IMG/VR virus record: IMGVR_UViG_3300014039_000006
Length of the DNA: 64,000 bases
Direction: 5' to 3' (one strand)
Source: a virus
Below the pieces are notes generated by a model. It was not told the DNA's origin, made no database searches, and saw only the letters and a list, made by a program, of their open reading frames with translations. Numbering within the stretch: the stretch's first letter is position 1; each line of letters starts with the position of its first letter. This document shows positions 63,211 through 64,000 of the stretch, piece after piece. A program made the translations under genes and the position numbers.

Positions 63211-64000
63211 ATGAACGTATCAGATGCAACCAAAAATGAATACAGGAGTTCCAGTGTTCACAAGAACCTAACTATTAAATTTCCGGAAATTGGACTCACG
63301 ATTGATAACACAAAAATTTATCAAGAAAGTATGAAACTCAAAGAGTCCATTCTGGAAAAGAATAACATTGAGTTTGTCGGTTGCATCGCCAGTTCCTTTT
63401 CCGTCCAGATTCAAGGACTTAAGGAAGATGTTAAGGGAAAAAAAATTGAAGCATCTATTACCACGGACGGAAGCACCGATGAACCGATACCGTTATTTCA
63501 CGGCATCGTAGACAGTGCCGTATTGCAAGACAACCGATTAAGCAAGACCATAACGGCATATGACATTCTTTATACCAAAGGAAATACAGAGGTTTCCGGT
63601 TGGTACAATTCTCTGACATTTCCTATCACCATAAAGCAGTTTCGGGATTCCTTGTTTTCCTATCTTGGGATCACACAGGACGAAACATCACTTGTCAACG
63701 ATGAAATTTCCATAAGCAAGCAGTACGACCCAAAGACGCTTAAGGCTTTGAATGTGATTAAGGCTATCTGCCAGATAAACGGAGTTTTTGGCATTATCAA
63801 CCGTGACGGTTTATTTGAATACCGGACAACGCAAAGCGGTCTTTATCCGTCTGGAAACCTTTATCCGTCCGATGATTTGTACCCGTTTTCCGGTGACGAA
63901 ACGGAACTTACCGAGGAAGAAGTTGCGGAAGCAATGCAGTATTACAAGAAAATCCGGTACGAGGAATTTAAGGTAAAGCCGGTTGACAAAATCACCATTA
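63211..64000 (+). CDS. Tail-associated protein (Tal / tail endopeptidase-like), 3' end outside window
   Basis: ATG at 63211 after GAGGGAAAAGG. The frame is open to the window end (MNVSDATKNEYRSSSVHKNLTIKFPE...). Absent from the track because it has no stop. Confidence 0.6.
   Translation, partial: MNVSDATKNEYRSSSVHKNLTIKFPEIGLTIDNTKIYQESMKLKESILEKNNIEFVGCIASSFSVQIQGLKEDVKGKKIEASITTDGSTDEPIPLFHGIVDSAVLQDNRLSKTITAYDILYTKGNTEVSGWYNSLTFPITIKQFRDSLFSYLGITQDETSLVNDEISISKQYDPKTLKALNVIKAICQINGVFGIINRDGLFEYRTTQSGLYPSGNLYPSDDLYPFSGDETELTEEEVAEAMQYYKKIRYEEFKVKPVDKITI

Noticed and set aside
1-64000. Prophage boundaries / attL-attR and whether the window holds one phage or two
   Set aside because: Tail genes occur at both window ends, and the integrase sits mid-window. 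The order is consistent with a single genome whose structural-gene block is interrupted by the window boundaries. However, no host flanks or unambiguous att sites are visible, so no boundary is called.

Overview
Low-GC, gene-dense temperate siphovirus-type phage or prophage segment, probably from a spore-forming Firmicutes/Clostridia host (host assignment is inference). Almost all genes are on the + strand. Gene order: tail-fibre genes (1-3.3 kb); a complete diversity-generating retroelement, DGR (3.2-5.3 kb); lysis genes (5.6-7.5 kb); a lysogeny switch with two minus-strand XRE repressors (7.6-9.4 kb); antirepressor and early genes; a recombination/replication block with SbcC-like ATPase, RecT, MBL hydrolase, SSB, methyltransferase and DnaD/G39P-like proteins (12-26 kb); DUF551-type small genes; a large serine recombinase (30.2-31.6 kb); a cargo cluster of low-complexity and Cys-rich proteins (31.8-36.4 kb); a second regulatory module with RHH, ORF6N antirepressor and HExxH protein (36.5-38.9 kb); a minus-strand mini-operon (39.4-40.4 kb); two RHH paralogues with repeat arrays; a 0.9-kb repeat-rich non-coding region; then packaging, head and tail genes (42.3-64 kb). 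The putative small and large terminase genes are separated by an accessory island. Main observations: (1) one DGR template repeat matches three variable regions, two of them 17 and 23 kb away in paralogous small non-structural proteins; (2) every gene junction in the minus-strand mini-operon carries a structured RNA motif, two hammerhead type II-like elements with covarying stems and two tRNA-like acceptor/T-arm minihelices; (3) a tRNA-Gln and two tRNA-shaped RNAs lacking anticodon loops lie directly upstream of a Ro60-like (helical + vWA) protein; (4) a tandem pair of stem-closed, A-rich RNA domains precedes a protein with a RAMP/Cas6-like glycine loop; (5) several unexplained repeat systems: a 41-bp palindromic direct repeat 11 kb apart, three hairpins with an invariant loop, and operator arrays. 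All functional calls rest on motifs read by eye; no database search was possible.
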